From Hydrolagus colliei (Eukaryota), in assembly GCA_035084275.1 (NCBI GenBank), contig CM068750.1:7874001-7938000 (forward strand): 64,000 nucleotides of DNA. Reading direction: 5' to 3'. The position numbers were made by a program, and so were the translations under genes. The notes under the pieces are model-generated. The model was not told where the DNA came from. It worked only from the letters and a program-made list of their open reading frames with translations, and searched no databases. Shown here piece by piece: positions 52,557-64,000 of the stretch (its first letter is position 1; every line of letters begins with the position of its first letter).

Positions 52557-52855
52557 CAGTGTTTTCCAAACTGTGGGGCGCGCCTCCCTTGGGGGGTGCG
52601 TACCATTGGCTGGGGGGGGGGGCGCAGATTTTTAGAGTCATGAGCCTCCAAGTGCGGAGCCGTGGCAGAGCTGAGGACCTGAGTGGAACCGAGGTAGAGC
52701 TGAGGACCCGAGACCCAAGTGGAGCCGAGGACTCGACTGGAGCTGAGGTGTAGCCGAGGACCCGAGTGTTTGGAGCCGAGGACTCGAGGTTGTGGAGCCG
52801 AGTGTGAAGAAGGGGGTGGGGAGGGGGGGTTGGCGCCACTATTCAAAGCCACTGC
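52557..52855 (+). mobile_element. Truncated hAT/Charlie-like element end with internal GAGCYGAGGACYCGAG tandem repeats
   Basis: Begins CAGTGTTTTCCAAACTGTGGGGCGCGCC; no matching right TIR or TSD found. Confidence 0.55.
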
Positions 52856-54479
52856 CCCAGTGTGAGTTATCCAAACCTGTTGCCAAGGATTTGAACTTGG
52901 TGGGCATAAGTGATGTCACAGAGCCAATGAGCCACTCTGCCTGATCTGCTATTAACAGTGCCTTGGAGTACTGCAGACATGCCAGGCTCAGAAATTGGAT
53001 GAATGAGACCGTCATAGAAGATTGACTTGAGTTTGATATTCCATTGTCAGGTATAGCACATTAGGACCATGTCAGCCCAAACAACAAGAACAAAATTACA
53101 TTTATATAGCTCCTTTCAAGTTGGGAGGACATCCCAAGGCAATGACGCACCTTATCTTATCTCCCATCCTCTGATAGATCTGCAAAAGGGGGTGGGGTGG
53201 GGTGGGGGTGGTAGGGGGATGGTTGGCAGACACTGTTGGGGCACAGTTGACTTTAAGATGATAAAGCTGGCTATGGAAGATTGGAATTGTCGATCCACTA
53301 TGTTAGTCTCCAAAATCTGCTATCTGATCGAGGTGTTCAGAAACTTAAACCGGAAACATTCATAGAGATTCTGTTGCTGAGTCTGAATTGTGGAACTGTG
53401 CTTCAGCCAAACACTTCAGAGAGTTTCATGTTCATGAAAACAAAGAAGAAATGACAGTAGAAACTGGCATCATTTGCGTGGAAAGGGGCAGCAACTTTGT
53501 GCATAAAGTAATTAATAACTAGAACTTTCACTTCAGGAAATCCAGTTAACAAATAATATAATAATATACCTGTACATGTCAATCTTCATAAATGTCTCAA
53601 AAAGAGGAAGAAACAACCATACACGGAGAGGATTGTATTGATTATAATTATATTTGGGACAGGATATACTGATCCATTGAGTTCTTTTTGATTCACATTA
53701 TGTTTGAATGTGATTGGGCGCCTCCTACTTTCACATTGAGGCCCATCCAGGCATGCAAAGCATTTTTGGGTAATCTATAACCCCAGCAACACCATTCACC
53801 AACAGCAGACAAATTATCTGTTTCTAAGTTAGATGGCTGTGCACAGCATGAAGTGCTTTGATGTACTGAAAAAGCTTGTCAGGTCAAGCCAGGTAATCAG
53901 AAAATGGAGCCCTTCTAATGAATCATATCTGCTAAGTATCAGGTATTGTCATGTGGATGCTCAGAATGCTCATCGAGTTTATTCTTTGTTCATGAAATCT
54001 GTTGAATTTCAGAGGCTGCTGGTGAAGTATTGCAACAGACTATAATTATAAATTCACTGGAGTTCTGTCCTTGTCCTTGTCTCCTTTGTGAAGAATTGGG
54101 CTTCGCTCAGGAATACAAACTGCTTATTCATGCTAATTAACTTACTGCATATTTAAAGAGGCAATCTCACAATCAGTTGTAAAAATAGTGATTTTAACTT
54201 TTTTTTTCTCATCAGCTTTTATTGAAAATACAGTACGTTTGTTTAAACATCACAGGCCAGCAGCATGACAGGATAATGAGTTTGGAGGTGATCGAGGTTG
54301 ATGATCTGCTAGAACTCAATTGATGTAAGATGTTGAGGTGGTGGTGTTGAGACACCATAGGAATATGAGTGCATTGCTTGATGCTAATTCAGCTCCTTCA
54401 TACTTTTCAACCAAGGTATTCTTTTTTTTTATCCCATTCCCCAGATTATATCACCACTTCTCTCTCATCCTTCCTCTTC

Positions 54480-54634
54480 AATGGTCCCATCGGTCATTCC
54501 CAAATCCCCCTTTTCCCTCTACCCGCCCCATCCCTGACTCCAACTCGGGTCTGAAACAATGACTGTCCAGCACCCTGGGACGTCCCCCTGACGTGAAAGG
54601 CGCTACACAAGTGTAGTTTTGTTGTCGTTGTTGC
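54480..54634 (+). mobile_element. L2 3' tail
   Basis: GGGACGTCCCCCTGACGTGAAAGGCGCTACACAAGTGTAGTTTTGTTGTCGTTG; reverse-homologous to 46000-46140. Confidence 0.8.
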
Positions 54635-57600
54635 AAAGGTATGGAGGAGAAAGAAAAACCCAAAGGATTTGAAAGTTCATCACTTTTCTTTCTGGTTATG
54701 GTTTTGAAAAGTAATTCTGATGATGAAATTACTGTTTAACTGTTAAAGAAACATTTTAAAAAAGCCAAATGTACATAAAGGCACAAAATCATCAATTATT
54801 CCAGGCTTCATATTTGCACCAGATTACATTAGCCTTGCCTGCCTCACAGTTTAATGTATGCAGCTATGCTTTGAGGTGATGTTGAGGCATCATGTAATTC
54901 TCCCACCCCCCATGCCCCCCAATGGGATGTATGTATTGATAGGAATGTTGACCACCACTACTGTCAAATCATCAGGTTCAGCATTAGAAATGCTCCAAGG
55001 AATGTATGTTTTGCAAACACATCATGTTTCGAAAGTTGCAAAGGATATTCTATATATATTGCAACTGTACCGTCCCGACATCCAATTTTATAATCTTATC
55101 CTCTCCTGAAAGCTTTTGACTCCAAAACATTGTTTGCAGGTCATAAGCATGCTATCAATTGTTTGGAATAGGGTGAATAATGCACTGCAGAGTTCCTGGC
55201 TGTTAGTGGAACAGATAAATGTTTGTGCAGTCAGCATCTCTGCTGATATGTATGATATAGCAGTGCACTGCTGATGCTGCAGTGATTTAGTCATGCATTC
55301 TCTTGATGCTAGTTGGGTCTGGGAGAACTTTTATTACAAAGGTCATACACTTCCCCCTTTGTCTCAATAGTTCTCCACCCACTGCATTTATGGGGCATTC
55401 ACGTTTCTCAAACTGTATGCTTCTGTCAATGAGATTGATGAATTCAATGTGTTGGTGTATAAAGCAGTATTGTGCTGTCACCTTAAGGCCAGTGAGAAAT
55501 GACTAGAGATTGAAAAAATGCATTTCTTTCACGACTCATAAGAGCTTTCAGACTCAGGTGCCTTATTCCATCTGTCCAGATTCTACAATTCAAATCTAAA
55601 TTGGATTTATAAGGAATAAATCAAAATTCCGTGGGATGCAAAAGTTTTTTTTATGACTAGCCAAAAAGTGTAATGAAACAGATATGCATATATCTTACAC
55701 TCTCATTGTTTGGTACTACAAGCAATGAAAAGTCACAGGAAACGTGGCTTTGTCATTCAATACGTTTGTTTACAACTGGAGTATGAAACATTGCAGCGAG
55801 GGCCTCTATTTCACATTTAACTCTTGGATTGATAGGGATTCCCTTTGCAGACATTTTATATCCTGGTGGTTACCGTGTAATGCACTTTTTCGATTACATG
55901 TGAATCTATTTTTTTTACTCAGTTTATGATATTCCCCTCTACTATGTTATTGTCAGATTCCACCAGATAATACTGCAGCTATTTCCATTCTGCTTTTATA
56001 ACAATTTTGAATGTAACTCATAAATTAGTTGTGTTTGCCCTATAGAGTGAATGTAATTTGCAATCAGATGCATATTGAATGCATGCTATTTATCCTTTTC
56101 ATTCTTACAAAAATCTTTATTATAACAACAAAATCATGACAGCATTTAATGGGCAACTTCTAACTTATTCAAAAATAATCCTCAATGTCACAAAGTTCTT
56201 TTTTAAAAACAAACAGAGGTCATAGTCCTTTTTTTTCCCCCCTTCCGAAAAAAACATTTCTGTTTCAATAAAAAAAGGTATATTTTCAATATCTGGTGTT
56301 AATAGTTCATACTGATAATCTCCTCGTTTTGCTAGAAATTATCGATCAGGTTATATCACTTGCGGCCTATGCAATAAAGCATTTGTGGCCATCAGGTGGT
56401 ATTGTTTCATATTCAGCTGATAGCTAACTGGTAGGCTTGCTGATCAACAATCACTTTGGCTGCTAAGTTCCAACTGAGTATCTGGAAAAGAGCCCAGTTC
56501 ATTTGGAAATGGCCTTGGTCCCAGCAGCTGTTACATGAACCATTCCCCGAGGAACCAGAGGGACGGTTGAGAGTGAACTTAAAATATCTGAAAGATATTC
56601 AACAACAACAAATTTACATTTGTATAGTGGCTTTCACGATTCAGGGTCAGAACTTATTCATTTATTAACAGGATCACTGATTGACATTGGGTGCAGCAAA
56701 ATGAATAATTCTTGCATTTAATATGGTACCCTTCATGTCAAGAGGATGTCTAAATGCACTTCACAGTTTTTTTTTGTAAGCAAACACAATACCAATTTAC
56801 ACACAGCACTCTGTGTTTATTCCACAAACAGCCATGAAGCGAGTGAACAATTCTTTCTGGTGAATTATTAGCCAGGAAAAACTCCCTTATCTTTGAATTT
56901 GTGCCAGAGGATCTTTTCAGGCAGACTCATAGTCTATAATTTCATTCAGAGGACAGCATCTCAAACAATGCAGCTCATCTCCAGGAAGAGTATGGCATTT
57001 GAGCATCAGCCTAAATAACTTTAGACATATATCTGATGTACTACAAAGTCTGAGAGAACCAAGGTGGCATACCAATTTTCAGTGGTTCTTTTAACTGCAC
57101 ACCTCCTGTGTGTAAAATTAAAATATAACCAATCCTTCATTTGACCAAGTATTTTCACCCTGCTTTAACCACTTTAATTTCTGACAATTGCTTGTCTATT
57201 TGTAATTTTAACCATAATAAACAAGGTTTGTGGTATCAACTCGGAAAGAAAATACTGTATGGGGCATTATTTTGCCATGCTGTCCCTGATGTGACTCTTC
57301 AGCCTGCAATCAATAAATTATAAATTGATGTAACATTGAATGAAATATGAATGAACCTGCAGGAGTTCAGTAATGACTTTTACAATGGTCAATTCAATTG
57401 CAACTCGCTTTGAATTGCTGAACTCTAACCGGCCCAAAGGTACTTTGTGCATTAATCTGTATTATTGCTTTTACAAATAAGCAATCGGATGTGTAATTCT
57501 GGGTGGACCATCTAGATGGCTACCTGCTCATACTTTTTTTCGTGGGAGGATTTGAAATATCACAACGCTTTGAGATATCTCAATAACATGATGAGGCGCT

Positions 57601-57647
57601 ATATCAAATGTAAAGATTATAATTATAACTTAATTGCTTATTGGATT

Positions 57648-57960
57648 ATAATAATAATTTTTGCATTTGATATAGCGCTTTTCATGTCTTCTAGACATCA
57701 GAGCGTTTCACAGAATATACTGTCAAGTTAATTGACTGTATGTTTTGTGGGCGAAACACGGCAGCCAATTGTTGCACAGCAAGCAGTGTCCCACAAACAG
57801 TCATGGATTGAAGTGACCAAATTATTATTATTTTTTGCTCAATAGATTATTATCCGACACGTGGAGTAAGGAAACTTGCCCAAGGTCTGATCCTGCTGGG
57901 AATTGAACCCAGTTCTCTTGTTTGCGAGGCGGGTTCTCTAACCATTGAGCTACAGGATCC
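57648..57960 (-). mobile_element. tRNA-derived Deu-domain SINE, full length
   Basis: Minus strand head GGGATCCTGTAGCTCAATGGTTAGAG...GGGTTCAATTCCC, with central domain and tail as in 16709-17017. Confidence 0.88.
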
Positions 57961-59642
57961 CACAATTGCTCATCTCATTTTCAGTTTAAGACAGTAAATA
58001 CATTTATTCATTATTGCTGAACTAATGAACTGAAACAATTTTTGTAGCTAGTTTAAAAATCAATGTTGTCAAACATGCATTTTAACAAACAATAGTGTCA
58101 ACAGAATTAAAATTTCAAAGTGACCACATGTCTCCCTGCTGGCAGATGCATATATTTGTGTGAGAGTATAACAGTCCTCCATTTCTCACTATCATGGTCT
58201 TTCATGAAGAACAGCCACTTGGGTATGTATTGCAGGTAAAGCTTACTTTTTCTTGTTTGATGAAATAGTTGATAAATTTATGTTGGGGTAAATTCAGTAT
58301 ACATGGATGATTACCTGCCATTTTAATACACACCCACTTTCAGTGTGCTTACAGGGCTATCAGGACCAATCCCAATGTTCTTATACTGTAATATTGCACG
58401 TGTTGGTTTGACCCATAATATAAAAGAGCAAACAAAATTTATTGCCTTTTTGTTTTTCAATGAACTATTGCAGGCTTGTGGTGGCATTCATTCAATTATC
58501 GTTTGTGTAGAGTTGCTATAGTGTTTTGGAATAAATAGAAACCCTTCAGTTCCAGTTTTGGATTGCATCCATGAGGTTTCACTTTTTGGGTAAGAATGGG
58601 AAATTTACAATAAAGCTTGCCAAATATGATTCCGTCTTTGTAATTGCTGCATGTGGGCACTCCCAACTGGCACTAATATCTCCCTTGTATATATTTTACA
58701 AGCTGTGTTTGCAAATAGTTGAGTGTCTTTTTGTTGGATACTGAATCTCTCAACTTTGGTTGAAAGTACATACTGCTTGCATCTGCAGTTTGAAATTCAG
58801 ATGTGAATCCTCTTCAGTTTTCACCTTCCCCATTGAACCCTTATTTTGTGCTGTCTATAATTCATTTTGCTTTCTGAAACTATTACGGATCTGGTTGCAG
58901 GAACATAAGCAATTAAAATTTAACACCAACTGTGCAAATGGAATATTTTACCCCCTGCCTGTGAATATGTATATGAGGAAGCCAAAAAATAGAAGAAATA
59001 CATAGAGGTGAAAGCAACCCAGGAGCAAACATCCTACCAATTTTTATTCATGAGCCCAAGCCTGCAAGATTTTGTGCCACTTTGTGTCTGTACAGGGAAT
59101 GGACAAATCTAGCCCAAGGTCCCAGGTATTCATATTGATCACTAATGAATCACAGGAACATTTCTATTCTCTTTGTGTCTCGGCATTTTTGCGAGATAAA
59201 TAAATTGCTTTATTTTCACAATCCCACCCATCCCCGCTCCCCTTACACATTTATTTCATAATGCACCATGACTAAGTGGAAGGCAGACTACCTTGCCCAA
59301 GAAATACAGGGCAGTACAAGAGTATATTAAATATAATAGATTATTGTGCATATATTATATAATATGAATATAATAATATATATAATATATCTGAAAGATT
59401 TTGATCAGGTGTTGAAATACTGTAGTTATAACATTTAAAACCAATTCTTATACTTAGGACTTAATTATTTCAGTGATTGTGCTGCATTGTGTTGGGAGAG
59501 GGAATTCCTGTGTAATGAGAATTTATTTTCTAATGAGATGACACACGAATGCAATGTGTTGACTGCTAGAATGATCAGTAATGGATTGATGCTTCTCTTT
59601 CAGTTGTATTTCACCCAGTGGGATCACTCACCAAAGCAAGCA

Positions 59643-59865
59643 ATCGCTTCTTGCCTCTGGCTAAGATCAAGCATAGACTCCGTGCTTATCAGTTACTCTT
59701 TGGGATATGCACCTGCTAAAAAGATTTCCTGTTCAGATTTGCTTGTGTTTAGAAGTCCACGACTGAATCTTTGCATTATAGGATTTATGGGAGGATGAGC
59801 TTCTGGCAGGAACTGTCTTCTAGTGTCTGTTGACTGGGATCTGTATTGCTGTACTTCCACTCTGA
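59643..59865 (+). pseudogene. Diverged U2 snRNA-derived sequence
   Basis: ATCGCTTCTTGCCTCTGGCTAAGATCAAG...CTTATCAGTT (U2 5' end); GGATTTATGGGAG 59781-59793 (Sm-site region); GTATTGCTGTACTTCCA 59843-59859 (stem-loop IV); blocks collinear. Confidence 0.72.
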
Positions 59866-61734
59866 GGATTTTGATACCGCCCACATGAAGAGGAAGCTGA
59901 GATACTGGAATATGGAGCTAGCTTGAGCACTTGGTCACTAGGCTCGTGCTGGACTTGCTCAAATGGAGGGTCTACCCAGTCACCTAACTTACTCATGCAT
60001 TGTCTTTTGACGATTTGGAGCCTAGAGAGTTTGGGTTCTCAACGTTCAAGACAAACATATTTTGTGATCGGAAGGACACTATTCATTTTGATAACTCATT
60101 TGCAGTTATGGAATTTTTCTTTTACCTTTTTTACATGTTGAAGATTTAGAAAATTAAGGTAATGTTTATAATTGTACTATTTTGACAATTCTAGAATTAT
60201 ATTGATTATACCGAAATCAGAATTAATTCAGATGAGAGAATTAGTTCGTTTTATTTCTATCATGATTGTGCACCACAATGACTATGGCCAGTTTTCCAAC
60301 AAATCTCTCTACTCATCATCGTAGGATTTGGTTCATAAAACCCCATCTGCATATATTACTAGGGCCCCTTCCACGTTACACGACAGGTATCAAGCTAGTA
60401 TATTGTGTTGTGCCTTCATGTTCCATTTGTAGTACGATGCACCAGGAACCCTTTTCCTTATAGGAGACTGCTCCTGTTAATAGAAGGGTTAAAATGTCCC
60501 AATCCTCTATATTATGATATGTAAACGAAGAGATAAGCCATGCTATTGTTACCAGGGTGGAATAAAGACTAGATGAATCTGAATGCTGTTTTTACACCGC
60601 CTGAGCCTTTAGACCAGGGGAACAATGGCATGAAAGCAACATGAAATCCCGAGTTGAAAAGGTTAAGTTTTCCATTGGTTTTGTTTGTAATTGGGTTTGC
60701 ATTGGCTTTCTTGTATTATATACAGGGCTTAGAATCAGTTTGGTTCAGTTTTAGTGGTAATCTATATTCATTTGTAGATTGTTTAAATTGGATCTTAAAA
60801 GGCAAATACAGTAGTTGTCATTGTGAATACAAACTTGCTTACCCCATCCACATATTTTTTAAGCGACTGTATCCAGTGGAATTGTCATGCAAGGAAACTA
60901 TGATGGAAGATGAAGTGTTGCTGCAGGATACTTTACCAGATTTGGAGGATATGGAGTAATTGCGGTAAATTGTTTGAAATAGTTGTTGAGATCAGTAGTG
61001 ATACCTCTCAGTTTGTGATGCTGAATAAACACCTCAACATACACATGCACACACACAGCACAATACCATGGCTGCCGTTGACTCATAGTGAGAGTGACCT
61101 AATTTCAAACATCCCATAGAGTCACCTCCATAGTATGTCCTTGTGGACTGATGAAATGGGATGCGCAAATGTGTTGTAAAGTTAGAAAATATTGCTGTCA
61201 GAAATTGGCCTACGTTGTTTTGATGTTTCACAAGATGAAACATGATTTGGATGTTCCCACCCGAAATAACAGAACGCTCTGAGATCTAATTTGTTGAGTG
61301 ATTTGAAGTGGCCTCCACCCTGGAAAAGATTACTCCAAATACTGTACCTCATTTTGAAGCTGCCACGTTGATTACCAGATCATTTCATGTTGGAATACAC
61401 ACTTTGTGCAGTGGTGTTGATTAGTTTAATGTTCATCATATTTAGTTGGAACAAATTGAAAGGTAAGATGGGTATTGAGCATATAATCCGCCGGACAGCT
61501 TTACCACCACCTTTTCAGTCACAATGATGGCTTAATACGATACAGTGTTCATTAGATTCCAGGGAGTAAGTGCTGTGTTGCCAAATAATATTGCGGCATT
61601 ATTGGATATGTGTTCTGGTGCAACCTCAGATAATTTTTCAAAGTAGCTTGCAACAGAAACACTAAGCCTCAAACCAAAGGTATATATACCCTCTCCACTT
61701 TGTCGCCACTGCCTCCACCCTCGATTCCAGAAAT

Positions 61735-62550
61735 ATCGCTCTCTGCTGAGGGACTGCTTGTCTGAACGGTAAAAAGACTGAGGTTCTCCTAACTGTCTCA
61801 TGCCAGCACCTCTGTAACTCAGGCACTGGTAGCAATAAACTCCAAGGTTGTCTTGTTCAATCCTCAACTGTCTTTTCTCCCTCACATCCAAGCTATCACC
61901 CGCTCTGCCTTTCCTCACCACTGCAATATTGACTGGCTCCACCACTACCTCACGCCTCAAGCCACTGAAACTCTCATTCACACCTTCATCACGTCCAGGC
62001 TCGACTATGCCGTTGCAAATCATCTAAAACTCTGCAATACATGTCCTCTCCTGCACCAATCTCTGTGACCCTATCACCTCCATTCTCACCCAACTCCCCT
62101 GGCTTCACATTACTCAGAAAATTCAATTCAAGATCCTTGTCCTCACCTTTAAAACCCTCTATGACCTTGCCCCACCACCCTACCTCTGTAACCTCCTAAT
62201 ACCCTACCTCTGTGACCTCCGAACCCTCTACCAGCCTTTTTGCTCCCTTCACTCAGCAGTGGTCCAGACTGCTCCATGTTCCCAATCTATCTGCCCCACG
62301 ATCGGCGGATGAGCCTTCACCCACTCTGCTCCAAACCTTTGGAATTCTATCCCGCAATGCCTCCATCTTGCCCCCCTCCATCAAGTCCTGCTTCAAGAAC
62401 CTCCTCTTCGACCATGCTATTGGTCACCCTCCCTTCCCTACACCCTCCCCGATCCTGAATCCAGCTCGGGTCCGAAACACTGACTGTCCAGCGCCCCATG
62501 ATGTCCCCCCGACATCAAAGGTTCTGTACAAATGTAATTTTATTGCTGTT
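61735..62550 (+). mobile_element. L2 LINE 3' fragment
   Basis: FNPQLSFLPHIQAITRSAF...ETLIHTFITSRLDYA, KIQFKILVLTFK, then an L2 tail at about 62470-62550. Confidence 0.88.
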
Positions 62551-63132
62551 GTATATACTGAATTATGGATCCACATTGTGTCAACAGTAGCATTAATTTA
62601 CACCTGCTTCTACGCATTTCTCACAGAACTCGATATTCTCTTTTACTCATCGATTGATTGTGGCTGCCAGAGTTTAACAGGTGCTTGGCTACATGCCATG
62701 GATTCCAGTGTTTCCAGTCCTCAACTTCTCCATCCAAACGGTAACCTCATTAAACATTGTGTAGCGAGTCATGTGGTCTCTAAAGAAAAGAATGGGTTTG
62801 TATAGTTTTACATTTACTTGTAACAAATACAGGACATAAACCTTATCTATGTATCTTCACTCTCTGCTTTATAGAGAGCTCTAATGTCCCCAGTTTGTTC
62901 CCAGGCCAGGTGTTCATATTCACAAGTAAGATGCATTGGCAACTTGCTGAACAATTAGTACACACACTGGAATTCTTCATTTTCTGGACAACTGAAACAA
63001 AAATCAGAACTTTCCTACATTATCCTTTAACTTGCCAACAGTTTTCTGCCTTTACCTTTATCCTAAAGGTAGGAATGTATTCTTGGCCACGATTCGAAAC
63101 GGCAGCAGTAATACTTCAATACCCAAGTGACT

Positions 63133-63720
63133 AACAAACAAACAAACAAACAAAACTTACATTTATATAGCGCCTTTCACGTCGAGAGGACATCCCAAGG
63201 CGCTGTACAGTCAGGTAGGACAAGAGCAGGGTGGGAAGGATCAGGGCAGGATAAAGCATAGTAGGAAAAGTAACTGTATATTAGTGGGCGAAACGCGGCA
63301 GCCAAATTACGCACAGCAGTGTCCCACAATCAGTCACGGAAGTGGGACTAGGGGCAAAAGGGGGTAAAGAAGCAAAAGGGGAGGGGTCGAGGTAGGGGGA
63401 AGAAAGGCAGGAAAGTCGACTGTATACTTGTGGGCGAAACGCGGCAGCCAAATTGCGCACAGCAGTGTCCCACAAACAATCGCTTAAATGGGGCCAGGGG
63501 AGAAAGGGGGAAAAGAGGGTAAGGGGGGAGAGGGAGGGAAAGGTGGGATGGGTTAGGGTTAGGGAGGAAGAGGGGGGAGAAAGGGGGGCAAGGAAGAGAG
63601 GGAGGGAAAGATGGGTGGGGGTAAGATCAGGAAGAGGGAGGGAAGGGGAAAAGGGAGGAGAGAAAGTGGGGAAAGGGAGTGAGGGAAGAAGAAGATGGGG
63701 GCAGGGGTGGGGGGAAGTGA
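63133..63720 (-). repeat. Composite: L2 tail + two SINE Deu-domain fragments + purine-rich spacers
   Basis: L2 tail 63133-63215; GGGCGAAACGCGGCAGCCAAATT..CAGCAGTGTCCCACAA twice (about 63272-63340 and 63418-63483); G/A tract 63495-63720. Confidence 0.75.
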
Positions 63721-64000
63721 CTATTCCTCACTTGTGAGCCTGGCCTTGACACTCAGTGCTTGGTGTATTCAATCAATTGGAATATTAAATAGAAGCTTGA
63801 TTCCATTCTCAGCTCTGTTGCCAAACTGGATAAAATTAATTAATTCAGGATCGATCATTAATCAAATCTGGAGCCTTTCAGGATTGTGCCATGATGCTTA
63901 CTTATCTATGGGACCCAATCCAGAAAATGTTTATTTACATCATAGGATGGTGCAAATTTCAACAATAGTACTTTCCATTGGTATGAAGAGATCATTACTT

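Noticed and set aside
53246-53305. VDFKM...R peptide resembling Rab exon 2 (VDFKMKT)
   Set aside because: Wrong strand and 50 kb upstream of RAB15, no good polypyrimidine tract, and similarity collapses after five residues; chance match likely
60654-60959. 101-aa ORF with a hydrophobic N-terminus (considered as FUT8 or another type II membrane protein)
   Set aside because: Starts at TTG, shows no similarity to the FUT8 N-terminus (MRPWTGSWRW...), and the hydrophobicity reflects T-rich DNA
1-64000. CRISPR arrays, rRNA genes or prokaryotic systems
   Set aside because: The sequence is vertebrate intron/exon DNA; no repeat-spacer arrays, operons or rRNA similarity seen

Overview
Vertebrate genomic DNA, most likely from a cartilaginous fish (inferred from shark/chimaera-type CR1, L2, Deu-domain tRNA-SINE and Penelope-like repeats). 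It carries the conserved RAB15(-)/FNTB(+)/MAX(-) block. RAB15 coding exon 1 lies at 2493-2616 and the rest of that gene runs off the left edge. FNTB is complete: 12 exons, 17168-30914, 413 aa, with one GC-AG intron. MAX is complete: 42993-32810, 151-aa short isoform. About 20 kb of repeat-rich non-coding DNA follows. Almost all ORFs in the supplied track are spurious. The best leads are: (1) two candidate MAX micro-exons, namely an exon-2 homologue that opens with a TAA stop and an in-frame 30-nt HLH-loop exon; (2) a diverged, near full-length U2-snRNA-derived sequence; (3) a TSD-flanked 183-bp hairpin retroelement with a degenerate hammerhead core; (4) a ZNF143-motif-rich MAX promoter with a candidate spliced divergent transcript; (5) a possible 3'-UTR intron in FNTB; (6) two intact young MITEs. 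No novel multi-gene system was found. Comparisons with other species are from memory and need alignment.
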